Assembly: GCA_026026165.1 (NCBI GenBank)
Contig: JAPEUD010000057.1
Span: 62,001-126,000, forward strand
Source of the DNA: Sarea resinae
Taxonomy: Eukaryota
Direction: 5' to 3'
Length of the DNA: 64,000 nt
Part shown: positions 11,901-24,519 of the stretch, piece by piece
How positions within the stretch are numbered: position 1 is the first letter of the stretch
How the letters are laid out: each line of letters opens with the position of its first letter
Notes under the pieces: model-generated
The model's database searches: none
What the model saw: the letters and a program-made list of their open reading frames with translations, nothing else
What the model was told of the DNA's origin: nothing
Position numbers and translations under genes: made by a program

Positions 11901-13660
11901 TTGTCAACGATCACATTGCCGGTCGGTCCCTTCTCAGAAAGCCCAAATCTTGCCCTCTTCGGCTAACCCTTCCTAGGAGTAAACAACCTTATCAACCTTG
12001 CTCTCGCCGCACCAGATCGCGTACCGCCTACGTTCATCTTCTGCTCATCTACGGCAAGCATGGTTTATGCCGATCAAACTCCAATTCCTGAAGCCATTTC
12101 GTTCAACCCTCACACTGCGTCTTCACTGGGTTATTCCCGGTCCAAGTGGGTTGCGGAAGGCATTTGCCACAATGCGAATAAATATACGGCATTGCAAGGG
12201 CGGATTGGAGTGCTGAGAATAGGCCAACTATGTGGAGACTCATCTCATGGCGTGTGGAATACGACCGAAGCATATCCATTGATACTGAGTACCGTTCTTG
12301 TCACCGGTACTCTACCTAGACTGGAACAAGTAAGTCTCCGTGCAGATACTCTAAATTCTCCCCCTATCATACCGTCACTGGTCTGACTGCTCACACTCCA
12401 ATTCAAGCCCTTAGACTGGCTCCCTATCGATATCGCAGCACGATCGATCCTTTCCATTTCCCTAGCACTTTTGCCTGGGTCCTCAATCGTGAGGAAAACG
12501 CCCGTCTATCATATTCTGAACCAGAATCTTGAACCCAATTGGACTACTCTCCTCGGTTGGTTCCACAATTATGTCTCCCAACCTAAAGCGGTATACATCT
12601 CGCCCCGGAATTGGATATCACAGCTTGAAAACCTCGAGGGCGAAGGAGCCAAACTTCCTCATTCGAAATTGATCGGGCTTTGGAAAGATGCGGTTCGTTC
12701 TTCGCTAGCAGCTGACCGCCGTAGACTAACCTCGTGTCTTTGTAGTATTGCCCTTCGGCCAACCCCCCGCCACCTCTGCGAGCTTGGGCGACAGACCAAG
12801 CCAAAGCAGCCGCTCCTCCTCTTCATAGGGTTGCACCAATCACGCAGAAGATGTTCTTGAGGATGTGGGAATGGTTGGAGATGGAGTGGGAAAGGAAGGG
12901 GTGGTTTAAAGCTCTAGAGGATGAGCTCCGAAGGCAAGTTGATGATTCAAAGCGAGAACCGATGGAAGAGCCAACCCAGGAGACATCTCAGGAGGCTATG
13001 CAAGGTATGGAGCAGGATACATTGGTACCCCTGGGAGAGGTGCAGGTAGAAAGGACGGCGCGGGAGACAACACATGGGCCAAGGGCATCGTTACAAATGC
13101 ATCTTACAGTGAGCGACTCGGATCTGCCCAGGCAACACGAGTCAACAAGAGACATGGAGAGGAGGTTGCTCTCTCTATTGCAGGGAGGTCGGGAGCCTTC
13201 GTCTGAGCTTTCGTCAGGACCACTGTCTGAGTCGGGAACGGACGAATTCGTGACGTCGGGTCATGTATCTGACTCGGCGGATGCAATGATGATGCAGCCA
13301 GAGCCCGTGATGGACGTTCGAGGTGACGAATTGATGGAAGAGAATCCGGTGATGACGATGGAGCAATTGATGGATTCTTTCACAGAGCACAGTGCAGATT
13401 GGGACCCGGCCGTGACGAAGGAGCAACTCATGGGCTCGCAAACAGAGCAGATGACGGGGACGGAGCAACTGATTGAGTCTCAGGCGGAGGCGACAACTAG
13501 TCCGGACTCGGTGGTAGCATTAGATGAACTGATGGAGGAGTTACAGAGAGAGCAAATGCTGCAGACGAAATCGGACCAGGCGGTCAATGGGAGGTCTGAA
13601 CAAGACGAGGACATGGAGGAGACGGAACGAAGACTCTTAGAGGCCATGGGTCTGGTTTAG
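8964..13660 (+). CDS. NRPS-like carboxylic acid reductase (A-T-R) with long acidic C-terminal extension; about 10 introns
   Basis: A domain FHHTSGTSMGMPK, RFGSAECG, YATSDLF..HP, GRGDCQITLATGKKFDP, RSSKG; T domain DLFSRGVDS; R domain ILTGATGALG, IIHAAWAVNF, GYSRSKWVAE, RIGQLCGD; after intron 12693-12746 the last exon reads in frame into ORF 12851-13660. Start and some intron borders approximate. Confidence 0.9.
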
Positions 13661-14049
13661 GGCTTCGCGTCCTGCATACTTTTGCTGTCTGCGACTTGCA
13701 TTACATTCGCTGTCTGATATTATATAGGCTCGTTGCATTTTTACTTATCCTGTTTCTTCAAAGCGAATCGCTTGCGCGGAGAGAAAGGAGGTGTCTAAGA
13801 CTTGTCTCATTAACCTGTTTACTAGATTTTCCCTGCCTATATACTAGACTATACGTTATTGTATCAAGTCTGACCACTTGAGCTCGTGTAACGGAGTATA
13901 ATACTTGCACCACGTCAACACATACAGGTTGGGCCAGTCTGAGTATTCTGATTATCGAGGATAGAAACGTACGTGATTCTGCTGTAGCTTTCACTCGTCC
14001 TGCGCATATGAAGCGAGATTCAATAGGATGATGCTATTGTCGATAGGAT

Positions 14050-15450
14050 ATCGCGCCGACTGCTTACTATCTCTCGTAGTAAGTAAAGTAAAGTAAAGTA
14101 AAGTAAAGTAAAGAATCTAAGAATTGTCTGCTGTATGACATGTATGTGTATATGGAGACGTTTGATCTGTGACTCTGTCTATATCCCAATAGGTGGAGAT
14201 GTGTTTGATTTTACTGTGTAGCAGTAGGCTAAGAAAGAGGGGAGAAGAGAGGGAGGAGAGAGAAGAGAAGAGAGAAAAGAAGAGAGGGTAGAGGATAACT
14301 AGTTGTATGTAGGGTTTACTTGCTTAGATTCAATAGTGAATAGTGTGATAGTGTGCCAGTGTGACAGTACCTAGAGTGAGTAAGAGGGAAGAGAAATATT
14401 AAAGAGTAAAGAGAGACAAGAGAGAGAGAAAAAGGGGAGAAAGAGAGGATAAGATAGCGCTCCATCTCGCTATAGGACGTTAGAGAGGAGAGAGATAGAT
14501 AGATAGCTAAGATCTTACCTTTGCTCTCATTGAGCGAGCGTTAACTGAAGAAAAGGAGAGGGAGAATAAGAAGGACAAGGAGAAGAGGAAGGATAATGAG
14601 AATAAGAAGATGAAGATAAAAACAACCTAAAGGAGAGGGGGAGAGGGGAAAGCGAGTGGATGTAAATCCCTCTTTCTATGTCTGATCCTGTTTCTCTTTC
14701 TGTTTCTCTTTACTTTTGCTTCTATCCTACGTTTCTAGATCCAAAGGGAGGTCTACTCGATATATATTCTATATACTATCTTCTAAATTTTTTTTTTCTC
14801 GTGAAAAAAGGGACAGAAAAATCTCCGAGGGGGCAGCCGGAGGGGGGAGCGTTTGCTTAGACTGTGCTAGGCTAGGCGTTTAGAGAGAGAGAGAGTTACC
14901 TAGAGAGATAGATAGATAGATAAATAAATGTTCCTTTTAGGGTTTTGTACATGTCTGGCTAATTAACTATCAGGTAGACCGGAGGCGTGCAAGGTATCTA
15001 CTAGCTACTAGCTAGCTGAAACGGTATACTACATAGTGAATTAGAGCAGCATAGCTCGAGAAAAGAAAAGAGAGGAAGAGTAGGAGGTCGGCGGAAGTAG
15101 AAAAGGGGGGTGGAGGAGGGGTTTAGAGGCAGGAAACAGGATTGTTAGGGGAGAAGGGGGAAGACGGTTACTTGGTCGACGGTGCCGTACTAGAAGGTGC
15201 CCTACCAGAAGGGCTTGCACACCTATGATAGTTTCATGTTTCATGTGCCATGGTTTCTGTGATCATTGATTTCAGCTCTGTCCTCTGTTCTCTGTTCTCT
15301 GTTCTGTCATCTATTTCCGGGTTTAGCTTTCTCATTTCTCATTTCTGATTTCTGATGTTCCCTCTATCCAGCCCCGGAGCCCCTTTCCGCTTTCAGCTTT
15401 ACGGCCTCTCAGCCGCAGTGCACCTCTAACTCCGACGTACCCTCGTCCAT
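14050..15450. repeat. Low-complexity microsatellite mosaic, including (AAGTA)6 at 14081-14110 and GA/AGAT tracts
   Basis: Read directly; lies between convergent NRPS-like and UBC1 3' ends. Confidence 0.85.
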
Positions 15451-15632
15451 CCATCCATCCGTCCGCTGTGCCGTGCTATGCTGCGCCTTTCTCTTCCAGC
15501 AGCCCTACATGTCGTCAAGAAATAAAAAATATCAATATCGTGCCTCGTATCATATCCGCTGTTTGGTCGTGTCATTTCAGGCCGTTTCATTGTGTTGTCT
15601 ACGGCTCTCGCTCTTCTCCTCTAAAGCAAAGA

Positions 15633-16509
15633 CTACGGCTCGCCCAGTAATCGCGCAGTAATGTCCCCCATGTACGCCTCCTCGAGCTCGTAGTCCTCGC
15701 CGTCCATGAGGTCGATGCCGACGAACTCGAAGGCCGAGACAACACGGTCAACGTCGAAACCCATGTTGACGAACCGGTCGATCAGGTCGGGGTTGTAGCC
15801 GTGGTAGCTTTATCATGTACTCATGTCAGTTGGGCTGTTTTCTTTGCTTCTTTTGCTTTTCCCTTTTGGACGATCATCGGGGGGATGCCATACATAGCCA
15901 ATCTCTCCCGCTCGACCTCCTCCTTGGTCTTCTGCTCGCGCGCCCGGATGGTCTCGCCCGTGGCGCCACCGCTGCCCTCGCCGTGCTCCTCACGCGGTGC
16001 CCCCGCGTACTGCGCCGCCCACTCACGGGCGACGCGGTCGAATTCCTTCGGGTTGCGCATCAGCATGCCTGCCACCTCGGCGTCCTGGGGGTCTTTCGGC
16101 TCCGGGGTGCTGAGGAGAGATTGCAGGGATAAGAGGGCGGATTTGATGGTCAGGACGGGCGACCAGGCCGACGAGAGGGTGTCGAGACAGATGGCGCCCT
16201 AATGAGTTTGAGTAAATGAATCTATAAGAAAAGAATCGAGGGGCTTACGGTCTGCGAGCTGACGTTGGGGTGCCAGAGCTTGGTTTCGAATCTCATGATC
16301 GGCGGTCGGAAGGGATATTCGCTCGGTATCTTGATGTCGACGTGGTAGGTGCCCCCCTCGTAGGGCGTGCCGGGCGGGCCCTTGAAGCTGCCTTTGAGGT
16401 GGGTGAGGTCGTCGCCGGCGCCGACAGGGGCGGCGAGGATGTTGGAGTGCGTATCCGAGTGGATGTCAGCAATCTCTTTGGCGATGCGGCGGGACCGATT
16501 AGAGGACAT
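15633..16509 (-). CDS. UBC1: Ubiquitin-conjugating enzyme E2 with C-terminal UBA domain
   Basis: [39 protein letters not shown] active site, [22 protein letters not shown]; introns 16199-16248 and 15808-15893. Confidence 0.95.
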
Positions 16510-17220
16510 GGTGGATATGACGATAGCCTTGGGGGAGTGGGGCGTGGAGAGAGTATCGAGAACGAAAGAGGCTCTGCGTGCTTCGGGGGATCACGCAACC
16601 AGTGGCAGGAGAGGAGGGGTCGAGGGTCGATTAGTATTTATCGTAGGAGATAGACGCGGCCAGGCGGAATAATAGGCGTCGATAAGGATAGGAGAATCGT
16701 GGGAGCTCCTCTGGTGACGACGATGCTCCTGATGGCAAGATTGAAGCACAAAAGGGATCAGAACATTGGGGGGACGAATTGATTGATGTGGAGATATTGC
16801 TGTTGGTGGTGTTTGGTGATGGCTGATGGTTGGTGATGCTCGAGGCAGTGCAAGTGAGGTGAGTCGACCAGTCGCAGTACCTTGGTACCGGCAGAATGGC
16901 CGTCCGAGACGTGTTCCCTATTGGGTGGGCGGTCAGCCGATCGAGCCAATGAGAGAGGCCACGCGCCCTTGATTAGTCATAGTAGCCCTTCCCGTATGCT
17001 GTACCCGTGTACCTCTGTACCTCGGGGAGCTTCCCTTCCATTGCTATGAGCGCTGATGAGAATCATCATCATCGTCGCCATCATCCGCCCTCCAGTATCA
17101 TCACGTATCATCAACATCCCTTCACCCTCTTCATCATCCTCTCCAACTCCATTCCATCCTCCAAGCCTCACCCTTTGATACATCCCCCTTCCTTGACACG
17201 TCCAACTGAGAACACCGATC

Positions 17221-18818
17221 ATGGTAAGCTGATGGCTTGGCCAGCTCCAGACCAGACAGCCTTCCTCGCTGACTGCATTCAAGGGTACCAATCAATCCCA
17301 TCTGGGCGGCAATCCACAGGGCGACAAGGACAAGAAGGATCAAAAGGTAGGCCTCGAATGCTCTCTCTCTCACTCCCTACTCACCACGTGCAGAAGGACA
17401 AGCCCAAGTATGAGCCGCCTCCACAACCAACCACCCGAATCGGCCGCAAGAAGCGTCGTCAGGCTGGACCAAACGCCTCGGCCAAACTACCGCCAGTCTA
17501 TCCCACTGCCCGATGCAAGCTGAGACTGCTGCGAATGCAACGTGTTCACGATCATCTCCTGCTGGAAGAGGAATACGTCGAGAATCAAGAGCGGATCCGA
17601 AAGGCCAAATCCCAAAACACTTCCATCCCTGCGTCTGCCGGCGGCGATTCCGATGCCCTCGATCGAAATGCCGATGAGAGAAGTCGAGTGGATGACATGC
17701 GCGGCAGCCCGATGGGTGTCGGTAATCTGGAGGAGATGATCGACGACGACCACGCCATCGTATCGAGCGCCACGGGGCCAGAGTACTACGTCTCGATCAT
17801 GTCTTTCGTCGACAAGGACCTTCTCGAACCCGGCTCTAGCATCCTGTTACATCACAAATCCGTCTCGGTCGTTGGTGTCTTGACTGACGATGCGGATCCG
17901 TTGGTTTCAGTGATGAAGCTCGATAAGGCGCCGACAGAGTCATACGCGGATATCGGTGGTTTGGAGCAGCAGATCCAGGAAGTGCGCGAGGCCGTCGAGC
18001 TGCCTCTGTTGCACCCCGAGCTCTACGAGGAGATGGGTATCAAGCCGCCAAAAGGTGTCATCCTATACGGCGGTCCCGGTACGGGCAAGACACTACTGGC
18101 AAAGGCCGTGGCAAACCAAACCAGTGCTACATTCCTGAGAATTGTGGGCAGCGAGTTGATTCAGAAATACCTGGGCGACGGACCAAGACTTGTCCGACAG
18201 ATCTTCCAAGTAGGTACCTTTGCGCTCTTGGGTGGTTCATGCTAATGTTTCAACCCTCCAGGTTGCGGCGGAACATGCTCCGTCTATTGTATTCATTGAC
18301 GAAATCGATGCTATCGGCACCAAGCGTTACGAATCTACATCTGGCGGCGAACGCGAGATTCAACGAACCATGCTGGAACTCCTCAACCAACTTGATGGCT
18401 TCGACGATCGTGGGGACGTCAAGGTCATCATGGCCACCAACAAGATCGAGACGCTCGACCCTGCCTTGATCCGACCTGGACGTATCGACCGAAAGATTTT
18501 GTTTGAGAATCCCGATCGTATGTCGCTTCTTTTGCTTCTCCAGATGATAGAGGCTAACCGTCTGCAGAAAACACCAAGCGCAAGATCTTCACCTTGCACA
18601 CGTCGAAGATGTCGCTCGCCGAAGACGTCGAGCTGGATGAGTTTATCGCCCAAAAGGACGACCTCTCCGGAGCAGACATCAAAGCCATCTGCTCCGAAGC
18701 CGGTCTGATGGCACTGCGTGAGCGGAGGATGAGGGTGCAGATGGCCGATTTCCGGACGGCGCGTGAGCGGGTGATGAAGACGAAGAGCGAGGGTGAACCG
18801 GAAGGACTGTATTTGTAG
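17221..18818 (+). CDS. RPT2: 26S proteasome AAA-ATPase subunit 4
   Basis: ATG-only first coding exon (17221-17223); introns 17224-17283, 17347-17393, 18210-18261, 18518-18567; [28 protein letters not shown]-terminal EGLYL. Confidence 0.97.
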
Positions 18819-18983
18819 GACGGTTTCATCTAGCGGAGGAGCACGCTCTTCACCAATGTGCTGCGGATGCTTTCAATTCACACACTGTATACTCTGCCTC
18901 TCCATGACCTTGAACACGAACGGCGTCGTTCTCTTGTGGTCCAATATCGACAATATCGAACTTTGCCGTGAGGCCGCGTGCAC

Positions 18984-19011
18984 GTGAAACGTGAAATGTG
19001 AAATGTGAAAT
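18984..19011 (+). repeat. (GTGAAAY)4 tandem repeat between RPT2 and ARB1
   Basis: gtgaaac gtgaaat gtgaaat gtgaaat read directly. Confidence 0.85.
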
Positions 19012-19444
19012 GGGTCACGAGCCACCATTGCACCGCCACAGCCGCGCCGCCACACGGACAGCACAAAGGCGAACTCGAGACTTAAAATTTGTATCCGACA
19101 GTCCCCACCAAACCGTCATCATCCAACCGAATCTCGTCTCGCTCCGTCTCTTTCCTCCACACCCACATCCATCTCCAACTTCCAAGGCGGCAGAAGTTGA
19201 GATTCTTCCTCTAGATCTGTCACCACGAGTTCGACAACTCACGCTGCATCTTTCATTACTCTTTGATACCCCCGTTCACGAAGAATTTGGAAATCTCGTC
19301 GGTCTATTTCCTTTCGACCGCTGCTTTAGGCCGCCGTCAGACGTAGTTGGGCATCCCCGCCAATCGATAAGGCAGCCCCACCAACTTTTCAAATTTCATT
19401 CATCTCATTCTTCCCCGACTTCCAACGCTCGCAACACCATCAAA

Positions 19445-21462
19445 ATGGTCTCTGCATCAAAGGCAGCTCGTCAGGCGAAGCGTGAGGCCGCTGGCGGCGA
19501 GAAGAAGAAGACGGCCGCGTCCAAGGTCTCATCCAGGATCGGGTCCAAGGCCGGATCGAAAGCCTCTTCCGTCAATGGTGACGAGACTCCACCGCTCTTG
19601 GATGGCGATGGAAACGCTCTCCCGGATGATGACCAGCCCGCCACCATCGACGCCAAACTAGATGATGTGAAGAAGTTGACCTTGCAAGAGGACAAAGATG
19701 GTCTTTCCGACCGTGTCACCACGGGTGTCCTGTCGTCGCTGCCTGCCAGCAAGGACGTCAAGATCACCTCCGCTTCTCTAGTGTTCCACGGCAAGGTTCT
19801 CATCACTGATACCACTCTCGAGCTCAACTATGGCCGAAGATACGGTCTACTCGGAGAGAACGGCTGTGGCAAGTCTACCTTCCTCAAGGCCATCGCTGCT
19901 CGCGAATATCCCATCCCCGAACAGGTCGACATCTATCTTCTCAACGAGGGTGCTCCTCCCAGTGAACTCGGCGCTCTTGAATGGGTCGTCAAGGAGGCCG
20001 AGAACGAGATGGAGCGACTTGACAAGCTGGCTGAGGAGATTCTCGAAAAGGACGGTCCGGAGAGTTTTGTCCTAGAAGACTTGTACGAGGTATGTATATC
20101 ATCTTGCTCTTCTGTTGCATCCTGCTTACTTTCCTAGCGCATGGAAACCATGGACCCCTCGACCTTTGCAACCCGCGCTTCCCTGATTCTGACCGGTCTT
20201 GGTTTCAACAAAGTTACCATCCACAAGAAGACCAAGGACATGTCTGGTGGCTGGAGGATGCGTGTCGCTTTGGCTAAAGCGCTCTTCGTCAAGCCCTCTC
20301 TTCTGCTTCTCGACGACCCGACGGCCCATTTGGACTTGGAGGCCTGTGTGTGGTTGGAGGAATACCTGAAGAAGTGGGATCGCACTCTGGTGCTCGTGTC
20401 CCACAGTATGGATTTCCTGAACGGTGTCTGCTCCAACATGATTGATATGCGCATGCAGCAGCTCATCTACTACGGTGGAAATTACGACTCCTACATGAAG
20501 ACCCGGACGGAACAGGAGACGAACCAGATGAAGGCTTACCAGAAGCAACAAGACGAAATCACTCACATCAAGAAATTCATTGCTTCGGCCGGTACTTATG
20601 CCAATTTGGTTCGACAGGCCAAGTCTCGTCAAAAGATTTTGGATAAGATGGAGGCAGACGGATTCATCCAGCCCGTCGCTCAAGACCGCGTCTTCACCTT
20701 CCGCTTCGCGGATGTCGAGAAGCTCCCGCCGCCAGTTCTGTCTTTCGATGATGTCACATTCTCGTACTCGGGAAAGCCCGAGGACAACCTCTACGAGCAC
20801 TTGGACCTCGGTGTGGATATGGACTCGAGAACTGCTCTCGTCGGTCCTAACGGTGTCGGCAAATCTACTCTACTTCGTATCATGACCGGCAAGCTCTCCC
20901 CAACGGGCGGTAACGTTTCTCGCCACACCCATCTCAAGCTCGGCATGTACAGCCAGCACTCGGCTGAGCAGCTCGACCTCACCAAGTCGGCTCTCGACTT
21001 TGTCCGTGACAAGTACAGCGAAAAGTCTCAGGATTACCAATTCTGGCGCCAGCAATTGGGCCGTTATGGTCTCAGCGGTGAAGCTCAGACCGCGCTCATG
21101 GGCACCCTCTCCGAGGGTCAGAAGAGCCGAATCGTGTTCGCACTTCTCGCCATCGATGGGCCGAACATGTTGTTGCTCGACGAACCGACCAACGGTTTGG
21201 ATATTCCCACCATTGATTCTCTGGCCGATGCAATCAATGCGTTTAGTGGTGGTGTTGTGGTCGTGTCTCACGATTTCAGGTATGTTTTTTTTCCTTTCTC
21301 GCTTATCACGACATTCACTGACATTGTCCAAATAGACTGCTTGACAAGATCGCCAAGGACATCATGGTATGCGAGAACAAGACGGTGCGACGCTGGGATG
21401 GCAGTATCGGCGAGTATAAGAATCATCTGAGGAAAGCCATGGTTGCCAAGGGTGCCGTGTAG
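19445..21462 (+). CDS. ARB1: ABCF-family translation/ribosome-biogenesis ATPase (ABCF2)
   Basis: [13 protein letters not shown]; two ABC cassettes ([49 protein letters not shown]); no TM segments; introns 20090-20137 and 21280-21335. Confidence 0.96.
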
Positions 21463-21479
21463 ATGCATTTATTTTCTTC

Positions 21480-23450
21480 ACTTAAAAAAGCTTGATGTTT
21501 TCTTTACTTTGGAGAGAGCGAGGGATGGAGGGATGGATGGGTAGTAGGTTGGGGCGGGGCGGGGCGGGGCGGGGTGGATGAGTTAGATTGGGCGACCTGG
21601 GTATGGGAATGGAGATGATGAACGTAACGCGCGAGGTAGAGATAGATGTTTCTAACGTTTTCACAACCACGAGTCCTTCCTCGGGAGGGGAAATGCAATT
21701 TTCTTCTCCTTTTTTAGCTTCTTTTCCTTCGCTTTCTCCCCCATTTTTTCTCTTCATATTCTACAAGTTGGCTCATCTCTTACTGTCTGGATGGCTTGTT
21801 GGTTGACTGGCTGCGTGCGTGCATGCGTACGTGTGTATGCCCCGTTTTCACCGTTTCTACCATGGTAGCTTACCTCATCACACCTAGTAGCCATGCCCGT
21901 CCCCGCCCCTCCCACCCACCCCCGTTCCGTGCCGTGAGAAACGTAGACATGGGCCCTACCTACCTTACCTAAGGTACCGTATCTAACTTAGTCACTTAGA
22001 CATCCTCCTTGCCCCCCCCTCACCCTCCCCCTTATCTTCGACGCTCTTTTCTTTTTTTTTTTTTCCAGATACTTATACATCTATACAGCTATATATTCGT
22101 TTCTATATCTGTATATCTGTCTGTCTATACGTATGGGATCGGATTCTATGCTGACGTATGTGGATGTGCTTGTGTCTGTGTGTCTGTCTACTACGTTTGT
22201 CTGTGCCTGTGTTTGTCTGTGTTTGTGTCTATGCCTGTGTCTATGCCTGTGTCTGTGGTTAAGGAGGGGGGGAGGAGGCGGGGCGCCTCTGGGCGTAGCG
22301 CGGTGCGGTGAGGCGGTTGTGGGGAGGCGGGGAGGGGAGGTGATAAGGCGGTAAGGCGGGGATGGGAGGCGGTAAAGCGGCTTACGATTAGGGGAACGGG
22401 GAACGGGGAAAGGGGAAAGTGGGGACGGAGAAGAGGAGATTAGGAAAAGAGGCGGGGGGAATGAGGCGGGGAGAAAGGGGGGAGGGCAAAGGGAGAAGGG
22501 GTAAGGGGTTGGTTTTTACTTGGATAGATGGATGGATGGATGGATTAGACTAAGTGGGTGGTTGGGTGAGTAGGTGAGTCAGCGATCAGAGGTGAGTACG
22601 AGTGGTAGGGTATAGGTATAAAATACGAGTACGAATATGGGTATGGGTATGGATATGGGTATGGATATAGATGTGGATATAGGTATGACAAACCTTTACT
22701 ATCCCTTTTATTGCCACAGTCACTGTCTCTGTCTCCTGTCCCTGTCCTAGCTATCCTTGTCCCTGCCGCTGCTACTGTCATTATCACTGTCCTTGTCACT
22801 GTCCCTATCACCGTCCTCATTGTTGTTTTCGTTGTCATCGTTGTCAGTGCTATATCTATCCTACCTTTCTACTGTCATACTATTCCACCATCCTACTGTA
22901 CGCATAAGTATACACCACAGCAACTTATCTCGATCCTTACAAGGTTAAGATTAAGGGAAAAGGAGAGAGAGAGAGGAGAGGAGAAGAGGAGAGAACGCCA
23001 GCGAGAAGGGCAGGGAGGAAGGGAAGGGAAGAGAGGATAGTGCAGCAGGCTTGTTTTTTTGTGTGATTAGTATTAAGGTTTGATCTACAGAGGGAGTATT
23101 GGATGAGGGGGAGGGATGCGAATAGAGTAGGATAAGGTAGGTAGGTAGCATAGCTAGGTAGATAGCCGGTGCGAGATTAAAGGGCTGTTATAGTGATAGT
23201 AGGTTCTTTGACAGCTTACCGTAGCTCAGCTTAGCTGAACTTGGTAGCTAGGTAGCTGGAGACTGTGGTTGGAGATGGTGGTTGTGGTTTTCTTTCTTGC
23301 GTTCTTTCTGGGATAGGTATGTCTTGTTTACTGGTTTAGTTTATTATTGTATTACTCTATTAATTGATTGATTGATTGGTTGGTTGATTGGCGAATTGAT
23401 TGATTATTCACTTTATAATTTCATCCAGCTGTCTGTCCTTGTTCTCTTCG
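21480..23450. repeat. Low-complexity microsatellite mosaic ((GGGGC)n, GGAT, TGTC, TATGGR, CTGTC, GA, GATT tracts)
   Basis: Read directly; lies between convergent ARB1 and CCL1 3' ends. Confidence 0.85.
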
Positions 23451-24519
23451 ATCTATGCGATAGATATGATACAAATCACGTCGCCCCCTCTTCCCTCACT
23501 TAGTCGCTCTCACTTTTGGATCCTAATCGAGCTCACTCCTCACTCACTGCCTCAAGACGCTACGCCATGTCTGACCTGAACCCTGACAGACCGCCTGCTT
23601 TCACCCCTTTGGTCTTGCAGAGTAGTCTGCAGCCCAGCCGCAGCTCCAGCTTGGTCCGGTTCAGTTCGGTCCGGGACCCCTATAATCGATTATAATCGAG
23701 TCCGGGCGGCGTATGCTCGGATTGGTACTAGTGGGCAGACTTAGGGGTAGTGTCTTCTGCTGCGGATAGCAGGCGCGCGTGCGTGCGTGAATTTCGGATC
23801 TTGGGGGGATGAACGGATGGTCGTTGACAGGGAAGCTGGGAGACGGGGAGGGGAGGGTTGAAGGAGTCGCTCGTTCGCTTTTTTGATGGTTGTGTCTGTC
23901 TGTGGCGTCTGCGTCTGGCGTGTGGCGTACGGTGTGGTGATGTTAGGAAATTGAGGTGCGGCGCACGGCGCGACGGCGCGCGGAAGGGTGGCTTTGGTGG
24001 ATGGAGCGAGGCAGTGATGGCGTGGTCGAGATGAGATACGTGTGGTGGCGAGAGGCGGATAGAGAGGATGGTATGAGATGCACAGACGCGGAAGCGCGGA
24101 GTCGTTTTGCTGTTGCCGAGGGTAGCCAATGAATGATTGATAGATATAGGTTTAAACGCATGTGGGCCATATGGCATGCGATATTATCGTGCGTGCGATG
24201 CGTGTGGTGCATCGAAAAATAGTCATTATTCTTGACCGGCGGGCAGTGAATCCGCAGCCCGGGGGCCTGTCCCACTTATGGAAGCTGCAGGTAAAGCGCT
24301 GATGCTGCTGCCGAATGCGTAGTAGAGGCTTTTGTTGGATCACCGACTCTGCTAGACTTTGATTTGCTTTGCTGGTTGCTACCGCCCCAGTCAGCAACGA
24401 TGAGACGGCTTCAGTCAAAGACTCAAAGAGAAGGGTGCCCACAAAGTCATCGCCCACGATCTCCGGAAATAACGTGCAAACCTCCGCACTATAGACGTCA
24501 CTCAGGGAATGTCTCCTAA

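Noticed and set aside
16510..17220. Rpn4/PACE site in the UBC1-RPT2 spacer
   Set aside because: No GGTGGCAAA-type match found; only weak partial matches such as GATGGCAAG.
17007..19444. Long N-terminal extensions on the RPT2 and ARB1 ORFs in the track
   Set aside because: Artefacts of non-ATG starts and unspliced reading; conserved starts are 17221 and 19445.
22009..23151. ORFs with CLCL, YPYP or VIV repeats
   Set aside because: Translations of microsatellites.
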